Virus record (IMG/VR): IMGVR_UViG_3300031857_000054
Coordinates: 43,018 to 107,017 of that record
Direction: 5' to 3' (one strand)
Origin: a virus
DNA length: 64,000 nt
Below are positions 8,991 to 19,984 of this stretch, in pieces. The notes beneath the pieces were generated by a model, which did no database searches, was not told where the DNA came from, and worked only from the letters and a program-made list of their open reading frames with translations. The translations under genes and the position numbers were made by a program. The stretch's first letter is position 1, and each line of letters begins with the position of its first letter.

Positions 8991-9308
8991 ATGGCACAGA
9001 AAAAACAATCTTACATCTCAGCTGAACTAGAGTGGGCAGAGGAGAAACTTAGAGAATGGAGACAGTATGTGGATTCAAATCCACTACATTCTTTAAAAGA
9101 CCGAGTAGAATGGAAACCAACTTCTAAAGGTGGTTCTATTCCTATGGTAATTGCTTCTATTGAACAACAGATTAAATCAATACGTGATACCATGAAAGAG
9201 TATCTTGCTCTTTTAGATGTGGTAGATAAACTTCGTGAGAAAGAAGAAGCCAAACTTGAGATACGTGGTTCTCAAGAAGTTAATGGCAAGATGAGTAAAT
9301 TTATGTAA
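8991..9308 (+). CDS. Conserved protein upstream of TerL, candidate terminase small subunit
   Basis: Position directly before TerL, helical/coiled-coil character, C-terminal EIRG. Confidence 0.5.
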   Translation: MAQKKQSYISAELEWAEEKLREWRQYVDSNPLHSLKDRVEWKPTSKGGSIPMVIASIEQQIKSIRDTMKEYLALLDVVDKLREKEEAKLEIRGSQEVNGKMSKFM

Positions 9309-9309
9309 T

Positions 9310-11310
9310 ATGCATTTAGATAGTCCAGAGTTTTTTGTCAATATGAAGTCTGTTCCTGATAAGGAATCGTCAGAATATGTTTCTTTTTGGGAAGCAGAAG
9401 ATAAAAAGATTACAGAGGGTATTACCATTAATGGGTTTCACTTTTCTCCTTTTATCTATTGGCATTTAAATTACTGGTCTATTTATGTAGATACAATGGT
9501 AGGCAAAAGACAAGTTCGTAAGTTAGATCGCCCTCAGTTATGGGATACTTACTTGGCTGTCGATGAAACTATCAATAGAGCAGAAAATCATCCTGACGGA
9601 AAGAAGGGAGTTGTGATGGTAGGTTCACGACGTATCTCTAAGTCAGTATTGACTTCCTCGTATATGACCCATAAAGCAGTAACCCAAAAAGGTAGCGACA
9701 ATCTTATCTCTGCTTTGAATGGGCCTGACTTAAAAATTATAACAGAGTACGTAGACTTAGGTTTACGTAATCTTCCAGAATACTTTAAGTTTCCCCGTAT
9801 TGAAGATGATTGGAAGAGACAAGTAACTCTTGGATACAAAGACAAACAAAACGTAAGACATGAATGGTCTAAATTTCACATCCGAAACTTTGACGAAGGC
9901 AACAATACGGAAGCAGCTGCTGGTCTTACTCTATCTTCTTTTATGTTGGAAGAAGGAGGAAAAGGAAAGATTCTCAATTGTTTGGCGGCAACTACTCCTT
10001 GTTTTGACAGTCCATATGGATGGCGTTGTTCTCCTTTTGTCATTGGGACTTCGGGAGATATGACAAAGGCAGGGGATTTGGAAGAGCTTTTCAATAACCC
10101 TGAAGCATACAATTTTCTTCCTGTAGAGTCACTTGACTCTGGTAAATCCTATGGTTTGTTTATCCCAGGAACTAAATCTTTGAAGGTACCAAAAGAACCA
10201 AAATCTCTTGGACTTTACTTAGAGAATGCGGAACCATCGGAATTAGACGATATAACAATTTGGGTATCTGATGAAGACAAAGGAAAAGAATTAATCTTAA
10301 AGTCTAGAGAACAAATTAAGAAATCTAGTGGTCTAGAAGCATACTTGAAGGAGGTAATGTATTATCCTCTGACACACGAAGAATGTTTCCTAGAACTTTC
10401 GCAAAACATCTTTCCTGTGGATCTTCTTCAGGAACAATTGCAAAAGATTACATCACTAGATGCAAATCCAGATTACGTAGAACTAGTGCAGAAGTCAGAT
10501 GGAAGCATTGGTCATAAGTTTACAGATAAGAAACCAGTTCAAAACTTTCCTTCTAAACCAACAGATAACTTAGAAGGTGCAGTTCAGATTTGGGAGTATC
10601 CTATACTAGGGGCACCCTATGGTCTTTATACGGCAGGAACTGACCCATATAAACAGTCACAAGCTAAATACTCAACCTCTTTAGGCTCTACTTATATTTA
10701 CAAACGTGTGCATGATATTGCAGGGGAAGGGTGGCAGAACATAGTAGTAGCAGCGTACACAGGTCGTCCTAAAAAGATTGAACAGTGGTATGAGATGACA
10801 AAGATGTTATTGAAGTACTATAACGCTAAGACACTTTGTGAAAACATGGATATGGGATTCATTCAGCATTGTATTGAAAAGAACGAATCTGCTTTTTTCT
10901 TAGAACGCACACCCTCATTCTTAAATGACATCCACCCTAGTAGTGCAGTAAATCGTGAGTATGGAATACATATGACCAGTGATATTAAAGATTACTTGAA
11001 CTCACTGATTATAGAATACATCACAGAAGTTATAGAAAGAGAGACAGATGCAGAGGGTAACGTCGTAAAAGAAAGATTAGGAGTTACTAGAATACTTGAC
11101 CCTCTACTGCTTAAAGAATTAATTAAGTTTACTCCCAAATTAAACGTCGACCGAGTTATTTCTTTTGGCCTTACTCTTGCTATGGCAAAATCCTTAAACA
11201 GCAAATCAGTAATAGTATCTTCTACACAGGATTCTCGCATGCAAGAGTACTTTAAATCCATGAAATCAAAACAACTTTTCAGGACAACAAGAAGCCCTTT
11301 TAGGTATTAA
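9310..11310 (+). CDS. terL: Terminase large subunit
   Basis: Walker A-like GSRRISKS, Walker B FMLEEGG, coupling motif IGTSG, RNase H-like nuclease AGTDPY...CENMD...NVDRVIS. Confidence 0.93.
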   Translation: MHLDSPEFFVNMKSVPDKESSEYVSFWEAEDKKITEGITINGFHFSPFIYWHLNYWSIYVDTMVGKRQVRKLDRPQLWDTYLAVDETINRAENHPDGKKGVVMVGSRRISKSVLTSSYMTHKAVTQKGSDNLISALNGPDLKIITEYVDLGLRNLPEYFKFPRIEDDWKRQVTLGYKDKQNVRHEWSKFHIRNFDEGNNTEAAAGLTLSSFMLEEGGKGKILNCLAATTPCFDSPYGWRCSPFVIGTSGDMTKAGDLEELFNNPEAYNFLPVESLDSGKSYGLFIPGTKSLKVPKEPKSLGLYLENAEPSELDDITIWVSDEDKGKELILKSREQIKKSSGLEAYLKEVMYYPLTHEECFLELSQNIFPVDLLQEQLQKITSLDANPDYVELVQKSDGSIGHKFTDKKPVQNFPSKPTDNLEGAVQIWEYPILGAPYGLYTAGTDPYKQSQAKYSTSLGSTYIYKRVHDIAGEGWQNIVVAAYTGRPKKIEQWYEMTKMLLKYYNAKTLCENMDMGFIQHCIEKNESAFFLERTPSFLNDIHPSSAVNREYGIHMTSDIKDYLNSLIIEYITEVIERETDAEGNVVKERLGVTRILDPLLLKELIKFTPKLNVDRVISFGLTLAMAKSLNSKSVIVSSTQDSRMQEYFKSMKSKQLFRTTRSPFRY

Positions 11311-11409
11311 ACTACACTTATTTTAAAATTTTGGGTATCAAAATTAAGATTTGGTATTATTTTTACCGCTAGTTATACTTTATAAGTTAATACATTAACA
11401 TCCATTGTT

Positions 11410-13860
11410 ATGATCATAGAAGCACTCAAAGAGTACACTGATGCACTGAATCACGCATACTTTTATCCAGAGCAATTTGTTTCTGCAGCCAAGAAACAAA
11501 AGCCTCAGTGGATTAAATCTACCCTTGACTACTTTGCAAATATTGCATTTGCCCAGTACCGACAAAACATAAAATTCAGAAAAAACTACCGTCTATTTAA
11601 CGGAGAGTTTAACTTTGATGATTACACCAATGAGCCCCAGATACAAGAAATTATTAGTTACCTTTCAGATACTCCTGATCAAGAGCCAGAAATTCCTCAG
11701 CATCTTAAGCATTATCCAATAGTCAACCCACCTATCAATCAATTAAAGGGTGAGTTAATTAACAGACCATTTAAGTATAAGGTCAAAGCTGTTGACGATG
11801 CGAGTGTAGATGAGAACATTGACTTCCGTACTGACTTAATTAAAGAGTTCTTCATGAATAAAATGATGGCTCGTTTAGAAGGAGTACCTGAAGAACAGTT
11901 ACAGCAGATTCAAGAAGAGATGATGGCTGAGATTCAAAACAAAATCTTGGACTACACTTCTACTGCCGAAGAGTGGGGCAACAAAGTACTTAATGCACTT
12001 AAGTATAGTTTCCGTTTAAAAGAAAAGTCTAGTCAAGGTTTCTTAGATTTCTTGATTACAGGACAAGAGTTTCACCACTTCTACCCAGACAATTCAAGAA
12101 TCGGATTTAACTACAAAGTAGAAAACCCATCTAACGTATGGTACTTAGCTAATCGTAATGCTATGTATACTACTGATTGTTGGGCTTTAGGTACTATTGA
12201 AGTTCTTTCTATGTCTGAAATAGTAGAGAGATATAATCTTTCTGGTGAAGAAGTTAAGCACTTGAATAGTCGTTCTTTACAGAATCTTCGTAACAACGAA
12301 TATTCTCCATTGTCTCCTGCACTTCCAGACCCTAATGACCCATTGTGGCAGTTGACATTTGAGAACGTGGGTGACTTTGCCAATGGAGGTATTGACCACA
12401 ACGTATTCTCGTTCAACTCTCAACACGCCTACACAGTAGTTACTTGTTACTGGCAGTCTAAAAAGAAGATATATAAGCGTCAGTACATAGACGAACAAGG
12501 ATACCTTCAAGAACAATTTGTAAGTGAAGACTACAAGTACGATAAAACTATGGGCGATATTGCTCTAGATGAGTTGTGGATTAACGAATGGTGGAAGGGT
12601 ATTAAGATTGGTGCTGACATCTACATTGATGTAGAGCCTCTAGAGTATAGCCAAACTCCTCCAATTGTAGGTATTGTAAACACTACTCGTAATACGCAAG
12701 GCAAATCCTTGCTTGATCTTCTTAAGCCTTACCAAGTTCTTTACAACATTTGTATGAACCAGTTGTGGGAGTTACTTGAGAAAGAGATTGGTGTGGTATT
12801 CTTGGGTGACTTAAAAGTAGTGCCTAAGAAAGATTCTCAAGATCCAATTGAGACAATGCTTTGGAATGCCAAGAATCGTGGTACTTTGTTTATTGATACA
12901 TCTCCAGAGAATACTGGTGGAGCTGTTCAGTTCAACCAAATGTCTCGTGTAGACTTGACTAGAACTGCAGAAATTCAATCTCGTATCCAATTGGCACAAG
13001 CTCTCCGTACAGAGGCATACGAACTTATTGGTGTAACTCGCCAGCGTCTAGGTTCAGTAACTCCCTCTGAGACGGCTACTGCTACTAAAGAAGGACTTAC
13101 TCAATCATTCTCTCAAACAGAAACATGGTTTGCTTGGCATGATAACGTAATGCAACAAGTATATCAAACAATGTTGGAGATGGCTCAGTATACAGAATTG
13201 CAAAAGCCTACCTCTACTTTGAACTACTTAAACTCAGAATTGGAAACTGTATTCTTACGTATAACTAAGAATGAGTTACTCCGTGAGTTGTTTGTATTTG
13301 TGACATCATACGCTGAGGATAGAGTAACACTTGAACAGTTGCGTTCGTTGGCTCAACCCGCACTTCAGAATGGTGCAGAGTTGATTGAGATTTTTGACCT
13401 GTACACCGCTGCCTCAGAACGTTCACTTCGTCACGTATTAGAAGGCGTACAAGAACGTAAAGCTCAATTGCAACAACAGCAAATGGCACAACAGCAACAA
13501 CAGATGGAAATGCAACAACAACAATTCCAAACTAAACTTGCTGCAGATGCTGAACAAAAACAACAAGATGCACAACGTGAGGATATGAACAAAGAACTCG
13601 ACCGTCAGAACAGACTTGACGTAGAGCGTCTGCGTGGTATTGCTAACGAATCTTCTTTCTCACAAGACAAAGATTTGACTCCTCTATTGATACAACAAGC
13701 TAACTTGGCTAAGGAACAATCTAAGATGCGATTTGAGCAACTTAAGAATGCTGACCAAGTTAGTCTTAAGAGTAGAGAGTTAGATTTAAAGGAAAAAGAC
13801 ATCGATACTAAGCTGCAAATAGCTAAGCAAAACAAGAATAAATACGATAAGAAGAAATAA
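11410..13860 (+). CDS. Portal protein
   Basis: 816 aa directly after TerL. crAss-type HYPIVNPPINQLKGE, WINEWWKG, LKPYQVLYNI motifs. Gln-rich coiled-coil C-terminus. Confidence 0.9.
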   Translation: MIIEALKEYTDALNHAYFYPEQFVSAAKKQKPQWIKSTLDYFANIAFAQYRQNIKFRKNYRLFNGEFNFDDYTNEPQIQEIISYLSDTPDQEPEIPQHLKHYPIVNPPINQLKGELINRPFKYKVKAVDDASVDENIDFRTDLIKEFFMNKMMARLEGVPEEQLQQIQEEMMAEIQNKILDYTSTAEEWGNKVLNALKYSFRLKEKSSQGFLDFLITGQEFHHFYPDNSRIGFNYKVENPSNVWYLANRNAMYTTDCWALGTIEVLSMSEIVERYNLSGEEVKHLNSRSLQNLRNNEYSPLSPALPDPNDPLWQLTFENVGDFANGGIDHNVFSFNSQHAYTVVTCYWQSKKKIYKRQYIDEQGYLQEQFVSEDYKYDKTMGDIALDELWINEWWKGIKIGADIYIDVEPLEYSQTPPIVGIVNTTRNTQGKSLLDLLKPYQVLYNICMNQLWELLEKEIGVVFLGDLKVVPKKDSQDPIETMLWNAKNRGTLFIDTSPENTGGAVQFNQMSRVDLTRTAEIQSRIQLAQALRTEAYELIGVTRQRLGSVTPSETATATKEGLTQSFSQTETWFAWHDNVMQQVYQTMLEMAQYTELQKPTSTLNYLNSELETVFLRITKNELLRELFVFVTSYAEDRVTLEQLRSLAQPALQNGAELIEIFDLYTAASERSLRHVLEGVQERKAQLQQQQMAQQQQQMEMQQQQFQTKLAADAEQKQQDAQREDMNKELDRQNRLDVERLRGIANESSFSQDKDLTPLLIQQANLAKEQSKMRFEQLKNADQVSLKSRELDLKEKDIDTKLQIAKQNKNKYDKKK

Positions 13861-13905
13861 GAATTTCACTTTATCTATATTTACACACTCACTTTTTTTA
13901 ACCTA

Positions 13906-13935
13906 TTGTGTTAATTTTTTAATAGGTTAACTTTG
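13906..13935 (+). promoter_or_regulatory. Bacteroidota promoter for scaffold/MCP, overlapped by a 10-bp inverted repeat
   Basis: TTG (13906-08), 19 nt, TAACTTTG (13928-35). TTAACCTATT 13898-907 / AATAGGTTAA 13921-30. Confidence 0.75.
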
Positions 13936-13964
13936 AAAACAGACAAACCAACCAACTAATTGTC

Positions 13965-15176
13965 ATGAATAACAACCCAAACGACGACCAATTAGGTTTA
14001 GACAACCTAGAGTTCTTTGAAAATTTTGCTACTGATGATCCCCTAGAGGATCCCCAGTTTGATCCCAACGCTAATCTTGCCCCTGATATTTTGGGTGGCG
14101 AGAAGATGGACTTAGAAGACGATGACCTTCCTATGGGAGGACAAGGTAAAAAACCAACGGCTCCTGCAACTCCTGCCACTCCTCCAGCCTCTACTCCTAA
14201 TGAAGAAGAAGAGGAAGAAGAAGACGATGACAACAAGTCTGCAGGCAACCAAGAGCTAGAAGATGATGACTTAGAAGATGATTCTGACGACATTAACTAC
14301 TACGAAGCTTTTGGTAAAGGATTGCTGAAGTCAGGACATTTTGATTTAGGTGAGGAAATTGATCCTGACCAAGTAGAATGGACTGAAGAAAGTTTCCTTG
14401 AAATGATGTCTGCTACCGTTGAGAACAAAGCGTGGAAACAACTAGAGGAAATTGCTACTGAGGCTTATGGTCCAGAAGGACTTGAATTGGTGAAAGACCT
14501 TTTCATTAATAAAGTCCCTGTACAACAATACCTTTCTAAGTTCAACGAACAAGTTGCACTTGAAAATGTTGACTTGACTAATCCTCAGAACCAAGAAGCT
14601 ATCTTCCGTGAGTATCTTTCTCGCACTGGTTTAGACCAAGATGAGATTGATGAACAACTTGAATATGCTGTCAAGACTAATAAACTTGAGAACTTCTCAG
14701 AAAAGTACTACGTAAAATTACTTGAACGTAGTAGACAAGAGAGAGAAGTGTTAGCAGAACAAAGTGCTCAGAAACAAAGAGAAGCACAAGAAAGAGAAAA
14801 TGCAAGACAAGAATCTTACATTAAAACTTTGGAAGGTGCAATCAAGACAGGAGATATTAACGGCTTCCCTATCAATCAGAATGAAGCAGCTAACTTATTT
14901 GACTATGTAACTAACAAAAGTTATCAGTTACCTAACGGTCAAAAGATTAGCGAGTTTGAGTTTACCTTGGCAAAGATGCGTCAAGAAGATCCTCAAAAGT
15001 TTCTAGCAGTAGCAAGGTTAGTTCAATCTAACTTAGACCTAGCTCCAGTTAAGAAGAAAGGTGTAAGTGAGGAGACTAACTCAATTTTCCAAGAACTGCA
15101 AAAAAAGTCTAAAAAAGGACCTAAAGGAGAACCTAGAAAAGAGACCCAACTCTTTAGTAATTTCTTCGGTAGATAA
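13965..15176 (+). CDS. Acidic scaffold-like capsid assembly protein
   Basis: Very acidic N-terminus and coiled coil, located between portal and MCP as in crAss-like phages. Confidence 0.7.
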   Translation: MNNNPNDDQLGLDNLEFFENFATDDPLEDPQFDPNANLAPDILGGEKMDLEDDDLPMGGQGKKPTAPATPATPPASTPNEEEEEEEDDDNKSAGNQELEDDDLEDDSDDINYYEAFGKGLLKSGHFDLGEEIDPDQVEWTEESFLEMMSATVENKAWKQLEEIATEAYGPEGLELVKDLFINKVPVQQYLSKFNEQVALENVDLTNPQNQEAIFREYLSRTGLDQDEIDEQLEYAVKTNKLENFSEKYYVKLLERSRQEREVLAEQSAQKQREAQERENARQESYIKTLEGAIKTGDINGFPINQNEAANLFDYVTNKSYQLPNGQKISEFEFTLAKMRQEDPQKFLAVARLVQSNLDLAPVKKKGVSEETNSIFQELQKKSKKGPKGEPRKETQLFSNFFGR

Positions 15177-15205
15177 AATATAAGCACACATAAACTAAAA
15201 ATAAA

Positions 15206-16735
15206 ATGCCTAATCAATCCATTACCAGAGTTAACGGTCGCGTTATAGCTAATGCGCACGTTACCAGCTCTTACTATTCTAAGAATAGTTTGGGTAAGTT
15301 GACCGACAAAAACTTTGTCGAGTCAATGTTGAAAACTAAACCAGACCAGTATGACAAAGTTATGTTGCGTCTGTTCACTGACACTCGCTTGTATTCTAAC
15401 GATTTGTTGGATCTTGTGATGAAGAACGGTAAGCCATTTATGGTTAACGACCCTAATGGTGTCTTCACTTACAAAATCAAGAAGCGTGCTGAACTTCCAA
15501 AAATCATTGCCAACTTTGCTACAACTGTTGCAAAACCTGGTATTGATGGTCAAGAGTTCGAAATCGTATTTGACAAACAAGGTTTTGTTGTAAACGATAT
15601 CATCAGCGCACACCGTTATGAGCAAGAGACTTTGGTACAAATCGTATCTGAGCCTGAGCGTTACCAAAATGGTTTCAAATACCGTTGCCGTGCCGTTGCC
15701 GCTAGTAGCACTGACTTCGTTAACCAACGTTTCTTGGTTGTAGGTACTGAGTACTTCAAAGTAGGTAACGTATTGGGTGAGTACACCACTTCATTCTCTA
15801 GCTTGGGATTGTTCGATGGTCACTTGGAAGTTATGGCTGACGTATTGAGTCAATATGGTGTTGAACACACTATCACTGACTGGGCTGATGCTACTAAACT
15901 TGGTATGCAAACTGACGCTACTGGTAATCCTATGGACTTGACTTACTACACTTTGACTGATCCTACTGCTGAAGCAGAGAAGACAAAGATCGTAGGTTGG
16001 GAACCAACTGTATCTCGTTTGTTGCGTATGGAAATGATGCGCATGAAAGCAAACATGTTGATGTGGGGTCGCCAAGGTCAAGCTAAAGACGAAAGAGGTC
16101 GCTCTACTCGTATGAAGCAAGGTTTGTGGCAGCAATTGCACTTGGGTAACATTATCCAATACGATCGTGGTCAATTCTCTTTGAACTTGATTCGTACTGC
16201 AATTGGTGACTTGTTCTACAACCGTGTATTGATTGCTGATCGTAAAGTAAAAGTTTACACCAACCGTGCAGGTATGGAGTTGGCTTCTTCTGCTATCAAA
16301 AAAGACTTCAACAGTGCGAACTTTATGGTTAACGCTGATAAGTTCATGGATGGTAAAGATCGCTTGAAGCAAGGTTATGCTTTCCAATTTGACCACTACA
16401 TGACTACCGAAACTGGTCCTGTTGAGTTCGTAGAATTGGAACAGTTGAACATGCATGCTACTTTCTTGGAATTGGGACCTAATAAGAAAACTCCTCCAAT
16501 CTTTATCGTACTTGACGTATCTGGTCAAGAAGATTCAGGTATCCGTGAGGTTAAGTTGTCTACTCGTCCTAACATGTACTACCAGTACATCCCAGGTTCA
16601 GTAGGATTCGGAAGCCAACAAACCGTAATTGCTAACAAAGATCCTTATAGCACTTACATCATGAAAGACTTCTGTGGTGTCTTCTTGGAAGATCCAACCA
16701 GAACTGTAATCATTAAAGAATACCCACGCCTCTAA
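15206..16735 (+). CDS. Major capsid protein
   Basis: 509 aa, strongly biased high-expression codons, synteny, followed by a stable hairpin. Confidence 0.9.
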   Translation: MPNQSITRVNGRVIANAHVTSSYYSKNSLGKLTDKNFVESMLKTKPDQYDKVMLRLFTDTRLYSNDLLDLVMKNGKPFMVNDPNGVFTYKIKKRAELPKIIANFATTVAKPGIDGQEFEIVFDKQGFVVNDIISAHRYEQETLVQIVSEPERYQNGFKYRCRAVAASSTDFVNQRFLVVGTEYFKVGNVLGEYTTSFSSLGLFDGHLEVMADVLSQYGVEHTITDWADATKLGMQTDATGNPMDLTYYTLTDPTAEAEKTKIVGWEPTVSRLLRMEMMRMKANMLMWGRQGQAKDERGRSTRMKQGLWQQLHLGNIIQYDRGQFSLNLIRTAIGDLFYNRVLIADRKVKVYTNRAGMELASSAIKKDFNSANFMVNADKFMDGKDRLKQGYAFQFDHYMTTETGPVEFVELEQLNMHATFLELGPNKKTPPIFIVLDVSGQEDSGIREVKLSTRPNMYYQYIPGSVGFGSQQTVIANKDPYSTYIMKDFCGVFLEDPTRTVIIKEYPRL

Positions 16736-16753
16736 TCTAGGCGGTCTTTAGAG

Positions 16754-16777
16754 GGGGAGGGTTCTCGGACTCTCCCC
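16754..16777 (+). terminator. Stem-loop after MCP (mRNA stabiliser or weak terminator)
   Basis: GGGGAGGGTT-ctcg-GACTCTCCCC 10-bp stem with two G:U pairs. No U tract. Confidence 0.5.
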
Positions 16778-16818
16778 TGATAAAGATATTAGATTAACCA
16801 AAACAATCAACCAAAATA

Positions 16819-17760
16819 ATGAAAGGACAAGAAATCGCACGCGGAACAAAGGTTATTAAACCTTACCGCAAAGAACCTGCAAACTCTAGGAGTTTAGAAG
16901 GATCACTGTACAGGGAGGGATTTAATTTCATCCCAGGTACATCAAAAAAGTTTTACCCTCGTGTTGATTCACGTGGAGTAATACGAACAGGACTAGATGA
17001 AAACGCAATGAAGTTGCGAGCAATCGAAGACCCTGAAGTAAGAGAGCAAGAGATGAACCGTATTAAGACTTTAAAAACTTACTACGAATCTATTTTAGAT
17101 GAATCTCTTGACCCTACTAGTACGTTCTATGACGAAATAAAAGAGAATGGGTACACCCTAGAAGATGGAGACAATATCTTTAACTTGGAGAATCCCCGTG
17201 ATGCAATTAACTTCTTTTGGTTACTTGAAACGGATATGGTTGCTCACAGTATAGACGATATTGAAACTGGAAAAGCTGACGGATCTATTGTACGTTTTTA
17301 TGTACACGATGGTGAAGTAGAATCTAAATCCGCTTTTGAACGTAAAAAGCGAATTAACAGTGCGATTGCAGAGTTAGATAGAATGACTGCAGTTAAACGT
17401 AAGAAGATTCAAAAGCTTTTAGGTTTAGGATTGGCTGGAGATGCAAGTGAGGAAGAAGTATACAATGCTCTAGACGAGTATTTGCGTATTCCTGCTACTG
17501 CTCTTGACCAAGACCCAATCGCTGCGTTTACGAAAATCACTAAGTACAGTGAAGAGACCTTGGCTATCAAGTCTCTAATCCGTGAGTTGATTGACTACAA
17601 CGTTATAAGAGTTAAAGGTTCTGTAGTTTATGAAGGAGAGCACGTATGGGCTAGATCAGTAGAAGAGTTAGAATTAACTTTGGCTGACCCTAAGAACTCC
17701 GACATTTACGATGCCTTTAAAGACAAAGTAAAAAACAAAATGAAACTATCCGTTATCTAA
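16819..17760 (+). CDS. Conserved crAss-like protein downstream of MCP
   Basis: Synteny. 313-aa charged helical protein. Confidence 0.7.
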   Translation: MKGQEIARGTKVIKPYRKEPANSRSLEGSLYREGFNFIPGTSKKFYPRVDSRGVIRTGLDENAMKLRAIEDPEVREQEMNRIKTLKTYYESILDESLDPTSTFYDEIKENGYTLEDGDNIFNLENPRDAINFFWLLETDMVAHSIDDIETGKADGSIVRFYVHDGEVESKSAFERKKRINSAIAELDRMTAVKRKKIQKLLGLGLAGDASEEEVYNALDEYLRIPATALDQDPIAAFTKITKYSEETLAIKSLIRELIDYNVIRVKGSVVYEGEHVWARSVEELELTLADPKNSDIYDAFKDKVKNKMKLSVI

Positions 17761-17769
17761 TAACCGAAG

Positions 17770-18486
17770 ATGATACCAGTACAAGAGTTGATATACGAGT
17801 TTAAGTTAAGCTTAAATAAGATGGACAGGCAAGACAACGTGCAAGTCCCTCTAGAAGATATTTTGGTTTTCTTAAATCAGGCTCAATTATCTTGGGTAGA
17901 ATCTAAAGTAGGAGAAAACAACATTTTCAGACACGGATACGAAGGGACAAGAAAGAGAATTGAAGACTTGCAAGTATTGAAAGTTGACGATGTTTCTTTG
18001 ACACTAGTAAAAACAACAGACGTTCTTTATAAAGGCTACAAAGCCAGTTTGAAATCTCTCCCTAACTACATGATGTATGTAATGTCGCATGTAGGTGCAA
18101 GGAAAGAAGATTGTAAAGCAGGTTTAACAGTAGATTTAATTAGACAAAACGATCTGTCAACATTATACTTTGATGCAAACTTCAGCCCCTCCTTTGAATG
18201 GAGAAACACATTTGCAACAATCGGCCAAGATAACATCACTGTATACACTGACGAAAGTTTTGAAATTGAGAATCTTTACCTTACTTACTTAAGATATCCA
18301 AAGCCAATAGATTCAGAAGGCTACATCAACTTAGATGGATTGGATTCAGTAAATATGGACTGTGAACTTCCTTACTATGCTAAATCAGATATTCTGAATT
18401 TAGCTATTAAGTTTGCCGCACAATCAGTAGACAACCAAGGCCAAGCAGCTTTTGCAGAGGACAGAAGTGTTAAAAACTCAGAATAA
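17770..18486 (+). CDS. Tail ring / head-tail adaptor protein
   Basis: EDILVFLNQAQ, GYEGTRKRIEDL and YLRYPKPI..CELP..ILNLAI patterns of crAss ring proteins. Confidence 0.75.
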   Translation: MIPVQELIYEFKLSLNKMDRQDNVQVPLEDILVFLNQAQLSWVESKVGENNIFRHGYEGTRKRIEDLQVLKVDDVSLTLVKTTDVLYKGYKASLKSLPNYMMYVMSHVGARKEDCKAGLTVDLIRQNDLSTLYFDANFSPSFEWRNTFATIGQDNITVYTDESFEIENLYLTYLRYPKPIDSEGYINLDGLDSVNMDCELPYYAKSDILNLAIKFAAQSVDNQGQAAFAEDRSVKNSE

Positions 18487-18503
18487 ACTAATAATATAAA
18501 AAA

Positions 18504-19922
18504 ATGAACTACGATTTCACCCAAGTATTTGTTCCGACTAACAAATACACTACAACTGGAAACGGATTCGATGCACTAGGTGCTCGTATCTTCGGCGTAT
18601 TTACTCCTACCTATGTCGCTAACACCGATCAGTTGGTAGGCTTTCAATCTGTTAACTACACTACTGGTGCTCCAACTCCTTCTACTACACAACCTTTCAA
18701 AGAGATTGTGTTGGCTATGGGTACAGGTACTTCTTACCCTGCCAATAAGTTTGGTAGCTTTAAGTCTCCTGTAATCAGAAAAGGTAAGTTGACTCAAGTT
18801 TCTTACGTGCCTGCTGATGCAAGTGCTGCTAAACAACAAATTACTTATCTTGGTTATGATGAGGTTAACGATTTCAAATCACCTAGTTTTTCTTGTGATG
18901 AGGAATACGTTGTAACCATCAAAATCGATGAGTACTGGTCTAAAGGTGTATTCCAACCAATGATTCAAGAGTCAGTTCGTGTTAAAACTGTAAACTGCTC
19001 AGAGTGCGGTGGTGGTTGTGATGCATTGGATTGCTATGATATTATGGCTTCTGTAGCTAGTAAGATCAATGCTAATCCTTTGTTGAGCAAGTACGTAAAT
19101 GCTACTCACGTATTCAAAGGTTCTGCACCTTCTTACAAGTACACTTTGACTTTGCCTGATGCTGGTAACTCTACTGCAGAAAACGCTGTGTTGACTGCTT
19201 TGCAAGCTTACTACCCATCTGCTACTTACGGTACTATTGCTATCACAACTACTGATACTGATGGTGACACTGATGCTGATGCATTGGGTAACATCTTGTA
19301 CGAAATTGCAACTCCTTTGATTGCAAACGTAGCTGATATGCCTACTTACTTAGGTGTAGCTTGGGAGTCAGTTAAGTCAAGTGCTGGTTCAGTAACTGCT
19401 TGTGGTGTTAAATTGGAAGGTAAAGCATTGGATGCTTTCGGAAACGCTTGTGTTCCTGATGCTGTTCCTTACGTATTCAACTTGGTTCGTTTCCAAGTAG
19501 TTGCGGCTAAAGGTCCTTTCACTACCCAAGACTTCGATATCAACGACTTGACTGGTCCTTGGTATGTTACTAAAACTCAAGATGTTAAGTATGCAATTGG
19601 TGCTGGTTCTGCTATGGCTGAATTGGAGCGTCACTTCTTCCGTAACAACTTGCCTAACGTAGCTGAGTCTGTGTACTACTGGAATCCTATCTACAACGAG
19701 GATGTAAACCAGTTCTTGTATGTAAACAGCACTTTGTTGTACAACGTACTTTCTGTTAAATTCTTGGATGATTCTCCAGTAGGATTTGAAAAGAAATCAG
19801 TAAATAGCCATGAGGTATTGATTATGGTAGACACAACTAACGAAGCTGCTAATAGTGTTATTAGTAGTGCAGGTAGTGTTTCTGCAAACATTCTTGCCTT
19901 CTTTAACTATTTCGCTGCCTAA
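18504..19922 (+). CDS. Abundant structural protein, probable auxiliary capsid protein
   Basis: High-expression codon bias, beta-rich, synteny after a ring gene, followed by a terminator. Confidence 0.6.
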   Translation: MNYDFTQVFVPTNKYTTTGNGFDALGARIFGVFTPTYVANTDQLVGFQSVNYTTGAPTPSTTQPFKEIVLAMGTGTSYPANKFGSFKSPVIRKGKLTQVSYVPADASAAKQQITYLGYDEVNDFKSPSFSCDEEYVVTIKIDEYWSKGVFQPMIQESVRVKTVNCSECGGGCDALDCYDIMASVASKINANPLLSKYVNATHVFKGSAPSYKYTLTLPDAGNSTAENAVLTALQAYYPSATYGTIAITTTDTDGDTDADALGNILYEIATPLIANVADMPTYLGVAWESVKSSAGSVTACGVKLEGKALDAFGNACVPDAVPYVFNLVRFQVVAAKGPFTTQDFDINDLTGPWYVTKTQDVKYAIGAGSAMAELERHFFRNNLPNVAESVYYWNPIYNEDVNQFLYVNSTLLYNVLSVKFLDDSPVGFEKKSVNSHEVLIMVDTTNEAANSVISSAGSVSANILAFFNYFAA

Positions 19923-19935
19923 TTAGACGAATAAT

Positions 19936-19960
19936 GGGGGGACTGAACTCCCCCCTTTTT
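19936..19960 (+). terminator. Rho-independent terminator
   Basis: GGGGGGA-ctgaac-TCCCCCC followed by TTTTT. Confidence 0.85.
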
Positions 19961-19984
19961 CTAACTTTTAAAAAATAAAAAATC

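Noticed and set aside
11311-11409. Promoter upstream of the portal gene
   Set aside because: AT-rich, but no TAnnTTTG at the right spacing from a TTG.
13460-13580. CAA-rich tract as a DNA repeat element
   Set aside because: It encodes the Gln-rich coiled coil usual at portal C-termini.
9310-16735. Introns or inteins in TerL, portal or MCP
   Set aside because: ORFs are continuous and of ordinary length, with no intein-terminal or homing-endonuclease motifs seen.
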